DNA of 64,000 nucleotides from Cyanidioschyzon merolae (taxonomy: Eukaryota). The stretch lies in assembly GCA_000091205.1 (NCBI GenBank), contig AP006498.2; one strand, given 5' to 3'. A model generated the notes under the pieces. That model made no database searches. It had not been told where the DNA came from and saw only the letters and a list, made by a program, of their open reading frames with translations. The position numbers and the translations under genes are program-made. Positions 41,000 to 53,050 of this stretch are shown here, piece after piece (position 1 is the first letter of the stretch; every line of letters begins with the position of its first letter).

Positions 41000-42526
41000 C
41001 TATGCCTCGACAGTGATGATTCGCAGGAGGTTCGTTGATCCAGAGACGCCCTCTCGCATTCCCGAAATAAGTATCACCAAGTCACCGGTGGCAACGATGC
41101 CACTGGCGCGTGCAGTCTGCAGACCCCGAGCGATGAGACTCTCTGTACCGATCATACTCCCAACGACGACGGGAAAACAATCTCGAGAGAGCAGACATTG
41201 CCGCGCGGTGAGCTCGTTTGAGGTGAGCACCAGACACGGGCAACTGGGACGATACTTGCACACGAGCCGCGCAGTTCTACCAGTCTCACTGAGGCAGAGA
41301 ATCATGGTTGCCTTGAGGTCATACGCTGCTTTCACTGCGGAAGATGCGATCGCTTCGGTGACCGACAGCTCATGACTGCGGGCAAAGTTGCGGATCGCCT
41401 GGAAGACGGCAGCGTGGTCGAGGGCACGCTCCGCCTCCATACAGATATTCACCATCGTTTGGACTGCCTGCACCGGATAGAGACCTTTGGCTGTCTCGCC
41501 GCTCAGCATGACGCAATCGGTGCCGTCGAAAACTGCATTCGCAACATCGCTAACTTCTGCTCTGGTTGGCCGCGGGTTCTTGATCATGGAATCCAGCATT
41601 TGAGTCGCGGTGATGACTGGTTTGCCCGCCACGTTGCATTTACTGATCATATGCTTCTGCGCGCTTGCAACGAGCTCAAGGCGTACCTCTACACCGAGAT
41701 CACCCCTAGCGACCATGATTCCATCGCTGGCTTCCAGGATATCGTCAAAGTTTTCTAACCCTTCCTGGTTTTCGATTTTGCTGATGATCTGAATTGCGGA
41801 ACCGCCATGTTCTTTGAGGAACGAGCGAATCTGCTCAACGTCAATGCGCTTGCGAATGAACGAGGCGGCCACAAAGTCCACACCCTGCGCGATGCCAAAG
41901 AGAATGTCCTGCATATCCTGCTCCGTCAGTGCAGGTAGGTTATAGGTTGCTCCAGGCAGGTTGATTCCCTTGCGCTCACCGAGAACGCCGTCATTCATGA
42001 CTCGGCAGTGAACCTGATCCGCACACACCTCTTCCACGGTCAGAGCGATCAGACCGTCATCAATGAGAACTTGCGCGCCAGGAGAGAGAATGCTGCTCAG
42101 ATCTCGGCAACTCTGGAAGACTCCTTTTGCGTTGCCGCGTTGCCGTTGAGGATCAGACAGATTACTATACAGCGTAAAGGTTTGCCCTGCTTTCAAGGCA
42201 ACTTCACCGTGGAGTTCTTCAGAGAGAAGACCCGTCCGAATCTCGGGACCGCGCGTATCCAACATGACTGCACAGGTACGTTTGGTCTCAGCGAGAACCT
42301 CACGAAGCATGGATATCGTCCCGGCGTGGTAGTCATGCGTGCCGTGGGAAAAGTTCAGCCGCACGACGTTCATGCCAGCGCTGAGCAGCGCAGCGATCGT
42401 TTGCTTCGAACGTGTCGCGGGACCAAGCGTGCACACTACTTTTGTCCGCACGATCCCGTGCCGTGTGGGAGCTTTGGAGATTGCACCACGAAACGTAAGC
42501 CGCACATTGTTTTCGATGGTTGTCAT
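41000..42526 (-). CDS. pyruvate kinase. The ATG at 42524-42526 (MTTIENNVRL...) is preferred; the ORF track start at 42571 is TTG.
   Basis: Family motifs: TKVVCTLGPATRSKQTIAALLSAGMNVVRLNFSHGTHDYH. The K+/substrate loop is IISKIENQEGLENFDDILEASDGIMVARGDLGVE. MLSGETAKGLYPV also matches. It has a C-terminal allosteric domain, ~508 aa, single exon. Confidence 0.9.
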   Translation of the reverse strand: MTTIENNVRLTFRGAISKAPTRHGIVRTKVVCTLGPATRSKQTIAALLSAGMNVVRLNFSHGTHDYHAGTISMLREVLAETKRTCAVMLDTRGPEIRTGLLSEELHGEVALKAGQTFTLYSNLSDPQRQRGNAKGVFQSCRDLSSILSPGAQVLIDDGLIALTVEEVCADQVHCRVMNDGVLGERKGINLPGATYNLPALTEQDMQDILFGIAQGVDFVAASFIRKRIDVEQIRSFLKEHGGSAIQIISKIENQEGLENFDDILEASDGIMVARGDLGVEVRLELVASAQKHMISKCNVAGKPVITATQMLDSMIKNPRPTRAEVSDVANAVFDGTDCVMLSGETAKGLYPVQAVQTMVNICMEAERALDHAAVFQAIRNFARSHELSVTEAIASSAVKAAYDLKATMILCLSETGRTARLVCKYRPSCPCLVLTSNELTARQCLLSRDCFPVVVGSMIGTESLIARGLQTARASGIVATGDLVILISGMREGVSGSTNLLRIITVEA

Positions 42527-43598
42527 GGGGCAGCAACAGCGCGCTCCCGGAGCGCGCTGTTCGAAGCACAACGACCCTCAACTGGTGATTGCAGCAATCG
42601 TAGGTGTACTGATGGTGACGGCGGTGATGATGTTGGCACAGATCGTCTTCAGTTCTTGAAACAACGGCCACACTGGTGATCGCCCACGCCAACTGGTCGT
42701 AAAGTGCTCAACTGAAGGTTGAAAGTAGCCCCCGCGACGGTGTCGGCAAACCTGCCTAGCGAAGGCGTCTGTCGATCGCATCGGATTGGCGACGTTGACG
42801 GGAGCGTTTGGCGCCGCCGCCGTAGTCGCAATAGCCGCCGCCCCTGGTATGCGCGCTACAGTAGCGTCTGGTGCTGGAACAGTCGTTTATGCCCTGCTTA
42901 CTGAGACTACATCGATGAATCAAGCTGCTTACGGACTTGAAAGAGAGCATGGATGGAGAGACGTCAGGCTACCTGTGTCTCCACAGTGCCGTGGATTGCA
43001 GATCACTGCGGATAGACGGGCGCGCTCCCGGGGTTCGCAGTCTGGCACGGAGCGCATATGCTTCATTCTTTCAGTGGTGCGCAAGCGTCTGCGCAGTGTG
43101 TTATGACTGACATGGGAGTGGCATGCAGTCCTCCTCGCCCTGTTCCGTATACAATACGTATCCTACAAGCAAGTCGTCTACGATTTTTACTGTTTATTGC
43201 ACTGTGATGTCCATCTCCTGCTATATACGCCGCAGCACGGCTCAAATAAAACAGCGTTGAAAGACTATAAATTGCAGCCAGCCAGCCAGCCAGCGTACCA
43301 GTGACTACACCAACAAGTATCGACGCTCGAGTTGTCAAACACGCGCGAAGGTAGCAGCCAGCTGTCGCTGCAGTGCAGCAGATCGCGCACTGCGAATGCC
43401 GATTTGGATGCCATTCTTGGAGCGGCCACGCGCAGGCGACACGTGTACGTGGAAACAGCCCGACAACGTATCGTACAGGGCGTGCTAGCGTTCGAACTGG
43501 TGCTTGTTGCGGGCTTGGTTGTCGTTTAAACTTGTACCTAGCACCAGGGGGACGCTTTCTGTGCGTTTCCGCATAGAAGCAGGTGTATCACGCTGGTC

Positions 43599-46154
43599 AT
43601 GGAGGAACCTACAGTGCGGCAAGGCCGTGTTCGTCAGCAGACGAGTCGCTGCGGTTTTACGCTCGTAGCGCTGGGTGCGCCAACTCGAAAGACGACGTTC
43701 ATCGAGGAAAAGCCGTCCAGTGCCTGGGCGTTGCCAGTGCGGTTTGGGTCCTTCGACGCTCGTTGGCGGTGCGTCAGCGGGAGAAAGAGGCTGCGGGTTA
43801 GCGCAGTGAACGCTCGAAGGAGCGTGCTCTCACTGAGCTTTGTAGCGCTGCCAGCGTGGGACGCTGCCTTCGTGGAGGCTGTATTTCTCCACGCAAACGC
43901 CGGCTCTGTTCGAAGTTACGAAGAGGAGTACGTCGCTCGCGAACGGATTCGGTCTCTTGAGAAAGCTGACAAGGCTCTATCGGGTAATCCTGCTGAACAG
44001 TCAGCGAGCGGCAGCGCTACACTGCCGAATTTGAACTTGGAGGAGGCGCGAAGTGCGCCTCGGCGCCCTATTCGCCTGCGAATACCGCGCTGGGGTATGC
44101 CAAGAAGGTCGTCGCTACCAGTCGAGCCGGAGCAAAGCACACCTGGGCAACTGAAAGCAACGCAGCAACTGCGGGAAGGTACGGACCCAATCAGAGACCA
44201 GCGCAGCAGCTGGCAGGACAGGGGCTCGATCCTTGCGGATAAGCAAATGGTTCCACCTGATCTTTTACCAGACGCTGACCCAGAAGGTGCGAACAGCGAT
44301 GGCTCTGGTTCGGGCGTCCATGAACTCCCTGACTCTCTCAGTCCAGAGAGCACGTTCGAGCACCCTATGCGTCTGCATGAGCGAATCCGTGCCCTGACTG
44401 CGCCGGTTATGGGTTGGCTCTGGTATATGCTATTTTCGCGCAACTGGAGTGCTTTTTTGTCACGACTGAGCCTCGTTGTCGCACTTTTGATTCTTCTGCG
44501 GTATGGTGTGAACCGCTCACTTCGCTGGCTCTACAAGCGCTTCCAGTCGGTCGACCCCAAAGGCACGACGCTCCCTTTCGAGGATTCAGTCTTCGAAAGC
44601 ATGCAGCGACCGCTTGAGATCTTTGCAGTGACTCTACTGGGAACCTACATGGCGGAAGCGGTCTCGCGTCCTTTGGCAGCGACTGGCATTATCAAGTACC
44701 TGCACCCGCTGCGTGAGCTCGGCATTATCATCGCCACAACCATGTTCGTCCTGCGATGGGTGAACAAGATCCGCCTCCGCTTCCTGCGAGCGCCAGAGTC
44801 GCAACGGCGGGGTATCGACCAGGCCCAAGTGGACGCTGTGAGCCGCATCGTGAGTGTAGCCACTGTCGTTGTCGCACTGCTGATCAGTTTGGATACATTT
44901 GGCGTGAACATACAAGCCGTCTTAGCCTTCGGTGGTATCGGTGGTGTCGCAATCGGTTTCGCAGGTCGCGAAGTCATTTCGAACTTTTTCTCGGGATTCA
45001 TGATCTATTTAACCCGTCCTTTTACGGTGGGTGAATGGATTCGCAGCATCAACGAAGACGACCCCATCGATGGCTTTGTCGAAGACATTGGCTGGTATCT
45101 GACAAGAGTGCGAACCTGGGAGAAGCGTCCTCTGTACATTCCGAATTCAAAATTTTCCACCTTGATTATTGAGAATCCCTCACGGATGACGAATCGTCGA
45201 ATCAAGAAAACGCTCCACTTGCGCATTGAGGATATGCATGTCGTCAAGACCGTGGTGGATGAGATCCGTACGATGCTCATGTCGCATCCGGATCTGGACC
45301 CCAAGCAGCACCGAATGGTTTATGTGGAAGGCTTTACGGAATTCAGCTGTAATATCTGGTTGAGCTGCTACACAAAACAGGTTTTCCTTGAGTCGTACAT
45401 GAAAACGCAGCAGGATATCATGCTGAAAATCCATGAAATTCTGCGAAAACATGGGGCCCGCCTCGCTACAACGCTGGTTCGTGATCTTCGCGACGGAACC
45501 AATCCCGATATCTACGGAGCCGGTGCTCGTTTGCGACCCATGGATATGGAGCAGGAGTACAGAGCTGGCGCGGCACCTGTGGAGTATCACTTGAATCGCA
45601 CTGGGGCTCCGGTTCCCGAGCTTGGGCGCGATCGCCCAGCGCCTCCGATGGAGGCAACAGGTCCGTCGACGTGGGGCGAGGCTGCCACGAAGAACGTCTC
45701 GCCTGGTTCTACAACGACTGCTGGTTACACTAGCGGATCTGGTACCTCCGAAAGCGGCTCGGAATCGTCCGTGGACAGAGCATCGAGCAAGAAATTGCGC
45801 GATATCGGCCAGGGTGGCAACGGCAGTCATGGCTACGTCCGAGAGCCCAAGAGCCCTGCGGGCGCTCTTGGTGGCGTCGCTGCACCCAGCACTGGTGGTG
45901 GGGGCAACACCGCCACCGGCGGCTCGAATGGGTCAGGGAATGGTGCCGGTGGTGTGACCGCAAAGCGCAGCGAGGCGTCGACGCCCCCCGGGGGCGAAGC
46001 GCGCCCCAGGAGTGTGACGACGACGCAACAAGGCATGATCATTCGCGGCGATACCTCGACGAGCGCTGCCTACGGGAATACCAACGAGGAGGAAACAGCC
46101 CGGGCAGGTCGCCGATCGGAGGATGTGAGCGACAAGCCTTCAAAGGGCTCGTAA
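43599..46154 (+). CDS. MscS-like mechanosensitive ion channel (MSL family) with long N- and C-terminal extensions
   Basis: Several TM helices precede the conserved MscS pore-lining/beta-domain signature GGIGGVAIGFAGREVISNFFSGFMIYLTRPFTVGEWIRSI. The C-terminal ~250 aa are G/S/T-rich low complexity. Confidence 0.75.
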   Translation: MEEPTVRQGRVRQQTSRCGFTLVALGAPTRKTTFIEEKPSSAWALPVRFGSFDARWRCVSGRKRLRVSAVNARRSVLSLSFVALPAWDAAFVEAVFLHANAGSVRSYEEEYVARERIRSLEKADKALSGNPAEQSASGSATLPNLNLEEARSAPRRPIRLRIPRWGMPRRSSLPVEPEQSTPGQLKATQQLREGTDPIRDQRSSWQDRGSILADKQMVPPDLLPDADPEGANSDGSGSGVHELPDSLSPESTFEHPMRLHERIRALTAPVMGWLWYMLFSRNWSAFLSRLSLVVALLILLRYGVNRSLRWLYKRFQSVDPKGTTLPFEDSVFESMQRPLEIFAVTLLGTYMAEAVSRPLAATGIIKYLHPLRELGIIIATTMFVLRWVNKIRLRFLRAPESQRRGIDQAQVDAVSRIVSVATVVVALLISLDTFGVNIQAVLAFGGIGGVAIGFAGREVISNFFSGFMIYLTRPFTVGEWIRSINEDDPIDGFVEDIGWYLTRVRTWEKRPLYIPNSKFSTLIIENPSRMTNRRIKKTLHLRIEDMHVVKTVVDEIRTMLMSHPDLDPKQHRMVYVEGFTEFSCNIWLSCYTKQVFLESYMKTQQDIMLKIHEILRKHGARLATTLVRDLRDGTNPDIYGAGARLRPMDMEQEYRAGAAPVEYHLNRTGAPVPELGRDRPAPPMEATGPSTWGEAATKNVSPGSTTTAGYTSGSGTSESGSESSVDRASSKKLRDIGQGGNGSHGYVREPKSPAGALGGVAAPSTGGGGNTATGGSNGSGNGAGGVTAKRSEASTPPGGEARPRSVTTTQQGMIIRGDTSTSAAYGNTNEEETARAGRRSEDVSDKPSKGS

Positions 46155-48975
46155 CGACCCCCGAGGCTGTTTGCTTTTACGTTGGCGGGGCAAAAGCCCG
46201 AGTGCTGGCGTTGCGCGCTCCGCGGCGCTGCCGACACCCCTGTCATTTTAAAACGCAACACTGATCTGTGCATGCTGTTCCTTGCTTTCGATTTACTTTT
46301 GAGTGTTGTTTTAGATGTTCAACCTCGACATTCTAAGCGCAGCGATGAGGGCTTACGGACGCATGCGAAGTTTCAAGGCGCTCGATTGTCGTTCTGGAGT
46401 ATCTCCTGCGACGCTTTGGCGCTAGATTTCGTGACTACACCGGAATCAGGACGATTCGCGACGCCCTCGAACCTGGTTCCGTAAAATGACCGATTTCGTG
46501 ATCCAATGCATACGCACAAGCCGCCAATTTTCTCATTTCATAACTGTGGGATGCTCAAATCATGCGTTCTTCAAAACTTCGATTTTTTTGTCACCCGGCT
46601 ATTCGTAAGCCCAGCTACTCGCGCCACTGGATTGACGACGAAAAATTCGACATCATACTTTGACAACCAGTTCGCACACTCATGCCGATACCTACCTTTC
46701 CGCGTCAAATAATCGATTTCATTCGAAACAAATCCCCCTCTGTGTCATCGACGAAACGGTAATCAGCTCCAATATGATATCTCTCATGGAAAGCGTTCTC
46801 AGCGCATCTGCGTCTCTTCTGTTTGCACGGGAAAGAATCATGGACTCGAAGCTGAGTGATCGCAGCGACCGCTTCCAGTGGAACAGGCGTTACCGCGTTG
46901 TATGCAGGTAGTATCGACCGATCGAAATCTCTCGACTTGTTCTCCGGAATGTATTTTCTGTTGGGTATTTATGTCATCAAGGGCGAGATCGCGCTCCTCA
47001 AACCCTGTGTCCAATGGGAAAGCGTTCGCTCGTTTGTGCAGCAGATAGAGAACGCGAGCGAGCGGATCGCGCAGAAGAGGCCCGTGATCATTCGGTGCGG
47101 TACCAGGCACGAAAACGAAAATGAACATGGAGTGGCGCTTTTGGTACCCGTCAAGTGCATGTACCGAGCGATGGAGCAGGCTGTCACGCTCCAAAGGACG
47201 GATCTCGCAGGCGAATGAGCAGAGGATATGGTCGAACGCCTGACCACGGTCGAGTGTCATTGCTGCGAAGTGGGCGCACACAAGATGTATGCAAAAAAGA
47301 CACAAATGGCAAGCAAAGCGTATACTGCAAGTTTTGTACGTGTACGAAATAATACGGCAACAGCTGGAAGCCGCGAAAGCCAGAATTGAACGCTGCCATC
47401 AACAAACTTCGACTGCTCACAACAGCTCTTGAGGGAGCCGGCAGACCCACGGACGTAAAGCTGGGGACCACTGAGAAGAAAGGGGAACAGTCGCAAAAAA
47501 CCCACAAACGACCAGTGTTCATCACCGTGAAAAGCGCCCCAGACTACAACGTGTGGGCGTGAGTCAGAGAACCTGGTCCATGTTGAGTCCGACGTTCGAG
47601 GAGTCAGAGGCCAGCGCTTCAAGTGGCAGCGAGCTGCTTGTCCGGCAACCGCCCGCTCTTACGAGCTACTTTACCCCAGTGCAAGCACATTTGAGTTCCG
47701 TGGCGCTGATTCCTAGTTCACCCGCTACTCTAAAAAAAGCTCCGCGCTATGGTGATTCCCAGACCTCCAAGGAAAAGCACCATAATCAGTACAAACGCGA
47801 GCAGTCCGTACCAGGTTTGTTCTTCCTTGGGGCGTGGTTGCTCTGGACGTTTTGTAGCCGAAACCGATGGGAGTCGATTCTCCGGTTCCGGCACAGGAGC
47901 GTTTCCCAGCGGGCTCGACTTGTTGGTCATGCTCCAGCGAGCTGGCCGAGCGCCTGTGCGCCATGAAACGAGTTGCGGCCTCAGTTGAACCTGTCGCTGA
48001 GGGTCCACACGCATCCGCAGCTGCGTTCTGTTGACTGAACCCGGCGAAACCGCAAAAGCTATAGACATGATCCGTTGCTTGGTACACACAAACGTACGGC
48101 CAACCGTCGGTGGCGCTGCTACGATGATGCAGGAGCGGCAGGACGGCTGGGCAACGCCAGTATCATACTTTATCCGATATTATATATTTTGTATGATTTA
48201 TGTCCAGTTATGAACAGAATCCAAGAGCATCGCGAACGAATGGGGACGCTCACGATCCCCGGGGTCTACCCCTGGTGGTGGTGCAGCGCCAGAAACTAGG
48301 TGTCGGCATCCGCGCGCGCGTGCGCAAAACCGCTCGGACACGGGACACCTGCATGGCGCAGGCACCAATAAGCCCATTATTCCTCGACACCAGTGGGCGC
48401 TCGCTGGTCCTTGGTGCACGGTTCACGGCTCGTGGTTATTCAGGGCCCTCGCACGGCGGATGCGAGACCCGACGCGAATGCGTGGCGCCTCAGCGTGCGC
48501 GTCTTCCAGCTCACGAGCGCCTGGAAACGTGGGCGATGCTGTACTCTGGTGTTGACCTCGCTGGTGGCATTGCAGGGTACGCTGTGGCGATGCAGAACGG
48601 AATGGACCTCCAAGAACCGAGTTCGCCGTCTCATCGACTGATACGAGACATGCTGGGGGATACCTAGCAAGCTTCTGGTGCAGGCGACGGTATCCCGAAT
48701 AGCTGCCTCAGTTCGAGATCGCTTCTGATAACCATGACACGCAGCCAGGTCTGTGAGCCGTTCATCCGACTGGGATGCATCGCGCGATCAAGATTCGGAA
48801 CATGAGGCTGCTTCTCCTTCTCTGTTGTCGCGCTCGGAAGCGCCGGCAGCCGCCAGTTACACACCAGGCCCGACAAGCATTCCACAGGTGCCGCACGGGA
48901 TACATTGCGTGGTGGGGTCAGGTCGGAGGTCGCAGGCAACGCTGCAGCGGCGGTTCGCAACCGGTGCATGCCGGC

Positions 48976-49629
48976 TCAGTGGTACGCTTCTCTTGAGCTG
49001 ACGCTCCCTGCACCCACGTTTGGTGCCTCGAAGGCGGCATTCGGCGTCTCGGCGCTGGCCTCATGTTTCTGTTCGTTCATGATACCGAGCACCGTGCCCA
49101 TGGTCGCAACGCTCTGCTGCAGCGCGTTCAAAGTCGCTCGAAGTTCGGCGAGTTGCTCTTGCTGCTCGAGCCGTTGGCTGCTGATGGACTCCAGTTCGGC
49201 ACGTCGCTCGCAGATCTCCAACTCCAACTCGGAACAATTTGGTAGTCGCTCGATCTCGACACACAAAGCCCGCAGCTCTCGCTCGCTAGCTAACTGCGAC
49301 TCAGCAACGCTGAGCGCCTTCTTTTCCTCCGCGTATTGTTCCCGAAGTTGCTTCACTTGCGCCTCCAGTGTAGGCAGTGCTAGGCAACGAAGGTTGTCCT
49401 CGTCAGTGGCGAGCGCCTGCGCGGCTCTGGCGAAATGCTCGGCCGACTGCTCGAGCGCAGCCAGCGATCGAGCCAAAGCGTCCGGGGAGGTTTCCACTCC
49501 GCGTCCTGCTTGCGTGAGTACCAGCACTTGACCTGCTGACTGTAGGAACTCGTCGTAGCGCTGTTCAAGTCGTGCAGCGATTGCTGTTTCACAGTCACCG
49601 CTGTCGCTAACGGTGTACATTAGTGGCAT
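48976..49629 (-). CDS. Small coiled-coil protein (~217 aa from ATG 49627-49629). Its first ~20 codons lie inside the diverged 3' tail of Fanzor copy D, so the true start is uncertain. Low confidence.
   Basis: Heptad-rich sequence (LEAQVKQLREQYAEEKKALSVAESQLASERELRALCVEIERL). The N-terminal codons MPLMYTVSDSGDCETAIAA are nucleotide-homologous to the tails of copies B and C. Confidence 0.3.
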   Translation of the reverse strand: MPLMYTVSDSGDCETAIAARLEQRYDEFLQSAGQVLVLTQAGRGVETSPDALARSLAALEQSAEHFARAAQALATDEDNLRCLALPTLEAQVKQLREQYAEEKKALSVAESQLASERELRALCVEIERLPNCSELELEICERRAELESISSQRLEQQEQLAELRATLNALQQSVATMGTVLGIMNEQKHEASAETPNAAFEAPNVGAGSVSSREAYH

Positions 49630-52062
49630 GTGGCCCGCCCTAGACGAGAGGTCTCCAACTGACGTGCAGACGCGTCCCCGTCTTTTTCGACCGGCCACCC
49701 ACTACTGCTTCTAACTTTTTCTTATATAGTTCGACTTTAAGAGGTTGTCAAACAAAGTTCTCTCTTGTCAACTCTGGAGCTCTCGTCTCCAGCACCGCAC
49801 ATCTCCTGATATTGATGGCGGCATCGAAGTCACGATTCACGAATTCCATACGTTTCTTGCCATCGTTGGTTGTACTGACCAATGCGAGTAGTCCACGAAC
49901 TTTCGCCATCCTTTCCATTTGCTCCTCCGTAAGCGGTCCATACTTTATTATATCTTCAGGGCTCCTCTGGCACTTTTCCATCTCCACTCTCTGAAGTGTA
50001 CAACCCAGCTCGTGGTGTGTATACGATGTTCGAAACTCATCTACAGGTATCGTAACGAAACGCCGTGCACACTCCTTGTGCGCTCTCGTCGTTGGAGCTG
50101 GTGTACACCCTTTTTGGGTCTTCCAGCGCCCTGCTCCGTATGCTACGACGAGCCTCTGACTTTCATCCTCCTTCAGGGCGTTCAACTGATTGAAAAAGTT
50201 CGCGAACGCCCGCTGTTTCCCACAGTATAGATTCATACGCAGACGAGCCCACCGAGGCTTTGTATACTCCTCCCACAGCGCCTCCCAATGAGCAACGCGA
50301 ACTTTCATGAATTTCAGAAAAGCTTGAAAGTCCGCTCCTCGGCTCGTCACCTCGCTCATAGCTTCCAAGTGGTCCTTTATTCCTGCATTCCATGTCTTAA
50401 TTTTCTTCCTCGCATTCATGATTCCCGATTCTCGATAGTCTCTTGCTGTCGAGAACCTCAGAAGACGCATGTGTTTCTGACGCAAGTTACCGTCAGTACC
50501 GTCGTCCGCAAGCTTGGATACAGCGATGGATATGATATTTGTGTTTCCGGGGTCCGCGCCAACGACAAAGTCGTTTTCCTGCACTTTCTGCGTCGCAGCA
50601 TCCGCTTGTTTGTTTTCTTCATGTTTCGCCGAGCGCGAAGCCGAGGGCGGAACTGGACGATCTTTCCTCAACCGCAGATAGTGTACACACATGGGTATTC
50701 CATCGCTTTCAATCAACCCAGTGAATTCCTTTTTCTTGCTGACTTTGAGCCCTTTGAAATTGAAGATATTCTTCCAGTACGTCTCGCGGGTTTCGGCGGT
50801 GATCTCTGTGCTCCTTACATCGAACTCGGGACTGGTCTCAGTCATGATGCCGTAAAGGACGCCGGAGTCGATAGTCACAAAATGTGACTTGATGTTGCCC
50901 AACGGAACCACGTTGAAGCGCTCGCCCATTAGGAACGCCTTCCGTCTCTCCCATTCTTCATTTTTTTCCTCACTCAGCTTCATCTCCGCTTTGCGATCGA
51001 GCTCTCGGTCCAAAAACACAAAATACCGTAGGACGAGACGATCGTATCTTTCCTTATCTTTTTTCAACTCTGATATCTTGTCTGTCGGATTCGCCAGCCC
51101 CGAAACTGCACGGTGCTCTTGCATAACCGCACGGATTACAGAAGCTGCATTCGTGATCTCTTTTGACGCCTTCTTGTCGACGAATCCGATCCCATCTACA
51201 CGCCGGCGATTGTTCGTGATGCCATTGATAATCGCCCATATCCCTTTGGGAGAGATGCCCGGGATAGAGTGCAAATGCGGCGCGTATCATGAAACGTTCG
51301 AGGTTCGTTGTCAAACGATTCTCCAGATTCGTGAGTCACTTCATCGCCCCATAGTCGTAAATATCCCGGTCATCCCTGTACTGGGTACCCTCGAAGCGGA
51401 ATTCCGCGAAGTTTTCGTGGAGGGCATGCACCCGCTCATTTTCCATCCGCGCATCCTTTGTACCAAGCATCAGCTGACGAATAAACTTCTTATCGAAAAA
51501 CTCGTCCGGAATCTCGACCGTTTCCATGTGCGTCACGTCGCGATACATCTCCCGTACCAAATGCATCAGTCCTGACGACGCCTTTACAATACTCTTGGAG
51601 TACGAGTCGACACGGTTTCTGATAGCGTCTCGCAACTTTTCCCTGTAGGGATCCTTGATATGCTTAAGGACACCGGCTTTCACCACCATCTCGTCGTACA
51701 TTCGTCTTTCTTGCATCGTTCGACGTAGAGCCTCCCCCCCCCCTTTGGTCCTTCTTCTTTTCCTTTTCTTCTGGACTCGTCACTGTTTTTTGTTTTTTCT
51801 GGCAGCCGGCGACACTGGGCCTCCAGGATCGTGGACTTGCTTTTTCATCACTTTCCTTTTCTTGTTTGTTTTTGAAAAACAACGCTCTTTGATCCCTTCT
51901 GTTATACACAGCAAAAAATCAATCGAGCATTTTTCCTTGAGGTTTGAAACACAAATGAACTGAAAACTGTACTTTGCTACGACCTCAACGCAAACACAAC
52001 TTTTACAGCTGAACAAGACGCTTCTGATCGCGATTGCGTCTCCCTTCAACGGCGACGGGCGC
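49575..52062 (-). mobile_element. Fanzor/TnpB-like element, copy D, the least damaged copy. The flanking ~700-bp segment 52063-52765 is shared with copy C.
   Basis: Near-identity to copy C across the ORFs. The RE tail overlaps the putative start of the coiled-coil ORF. Confidence 0.7.
49748..51274 (-). CDS. Fanzor-like endonuclease, copy D: an uninterrupted 508-aa reading frame from the post-intron region through RuvC-I, the Zn cluster and RuvC-III. The upstream N-terminal exon (51336..51716) ends in an in-frame TGA after ...YDYGAMK. The full gene therefore has one nonsense codon unless it is read through.
   Basis: The frame reads ...[18 protein letters not shown]...FSTARDYRESGIMNARKKIKTWNAG... 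(Tyr where copies A and C have a stop) ...YTHHELGCTLQRVEMEKCQ...RMEFVNRDFDAAINIRRCAVLETRAPE. Confidence 0.6.
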   Translation of the reverse strand: MHSIPGISPKGIWAIINGITNNRRRVDGIGFVDKKASKEITNAASVIRAVMQEHRAVSGLANPTDKISELKKDKERYDRLVLRYFVFLDRELDRKAEMKLSEEKNEEWERRKAFLMGERFNVVPLGNIKSHFVTIDSGVLYGIMTETSPEFDVRSTEITAETRETYWKNIFNFKGLKVSKKKEFTGLIESDGIPMCVHYLRLRKDRPVPPSASRSAKHEENKQADAATQKVQENDFVVGADPGNTNIISIAVSKLADDGTDGNLRQKHMRLLRFSTARDYRESGIMNARKKIKTWNAGIKDHLEAMSEVTSRGADFQAFLKFMKVRVAHWEALWEEYTKPRWARLRMNLYCGKQRAFANFFNQLNALKEDESQRLVVAYGAGRWKTQKGCTPAPTTRAHKECARRFVTIPVDEFRTSYTHHELGCTLQRVEMEKCQRSPEDIIKYGPLTEEQMERMAKVRGLLALVSTTNDGKKRMEFVNRDFDAAINIRRCAVLETRAPELTRENFV

Positions 52063-52765
52063 GTCGTGTCTAATGCCTGCCAGATAAGGATGTGCGCGTA
52101 TCGGGCGCACTCTATAGAACAAAGAACAGATACTGACCATTAAATCGCCACGAGATAACGATTTCTTTCCCCTCTACGATAAACGTTGAGACGGGGAAAA
52201 CTGTCGGTACTTTCGAAAGTTTACCTTCTAGACGCAAGGTCCCGCGGATTGCACGAGTCTCCCAGGCTCGTGCTTCACGCTCCGCCACTGGCAGGTGCTT
52301 TCGTGACATCTGAGCAACTCGTCCGTAACGCACTCCACTCTGGGACTTGGAACGGGTAGCCGCCGTCTGGGCGTTGCCCATGATGCAGTGGACTCCTGGT
52401 ATATCGCGTTGCGCTGCCGCAGGCACTAGATCAATCTGCGCAGCTTGCAGACTCCTAGAACGACTATGAGCCACGACTCCGTTTCAGGTGAAGCGTTCCT
52501 CGGTCCGACGCCCTCAGAGGTATGGCAAAGCCGTTCAGTCTCCGTGATGCATCGGCATCAGCGATAGAACCGCAATTGCGGGTGCTCAAAGCAGGTAATC
52601 GGCGCTCGATAGAGCATAAGAATCGACCATTACATCCGAAAAGGTTTATGGGTCATGTAGCTTGAGGGTAAGTGCATCATGATGGATGCTTTCCCGAAAC
52701 CCAACATCCATCCATCCATCCATCCATTCTGCAATCTAGGATCCATGGTCCACGTAAACGTTTTG
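52063..52765. repeat. Second copy of the ~700-bp LE-side flanking repeat (see 24936-25640). It contains the ORF 52112..52474 (-) and a (CATC)n run.
   Basis: Colinear near-identity with 24936-25640. Confidence 0.45.
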
Positions 52766-53050
52766 TATAAAAAATTCTCATCAGCAGCAGCGACGGCGCT
52801 AGGCCCCAGCCGTCATCCTGGCGCCCGCTGAAGGCTCGCTGCGAAGCCTCGGCTGCATCGCAAGCCCAGGTGTCGTTCCGTTGTCAACCGAAAACACTTG
52901 TAGATCGAGTTGGTGCTGAACAACGTGGGCTCTGTGACTCCTCCCTAAACTCTTGCTCGCTTCTGATTGGGAAAAGGTTTGCAGCCTCAAACAGTGTGTG
53001 GAGAACACTAGAACTTAACCAACACCACACCGCCCACGACACAGTTACCC

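Noticed and set aside
47730-48089. A 119-aa minus-strand ORF ending in a hydrophobic segment (LLAFVLIMVLFLGGLGITIARSFF), considered as a possible tail-anchored membrane protein gene.
   Set aside because: There is no start-codon context or domain support. It lies in a region where several overlapping ORFs on both strands have similar length. It is insufficient to call.
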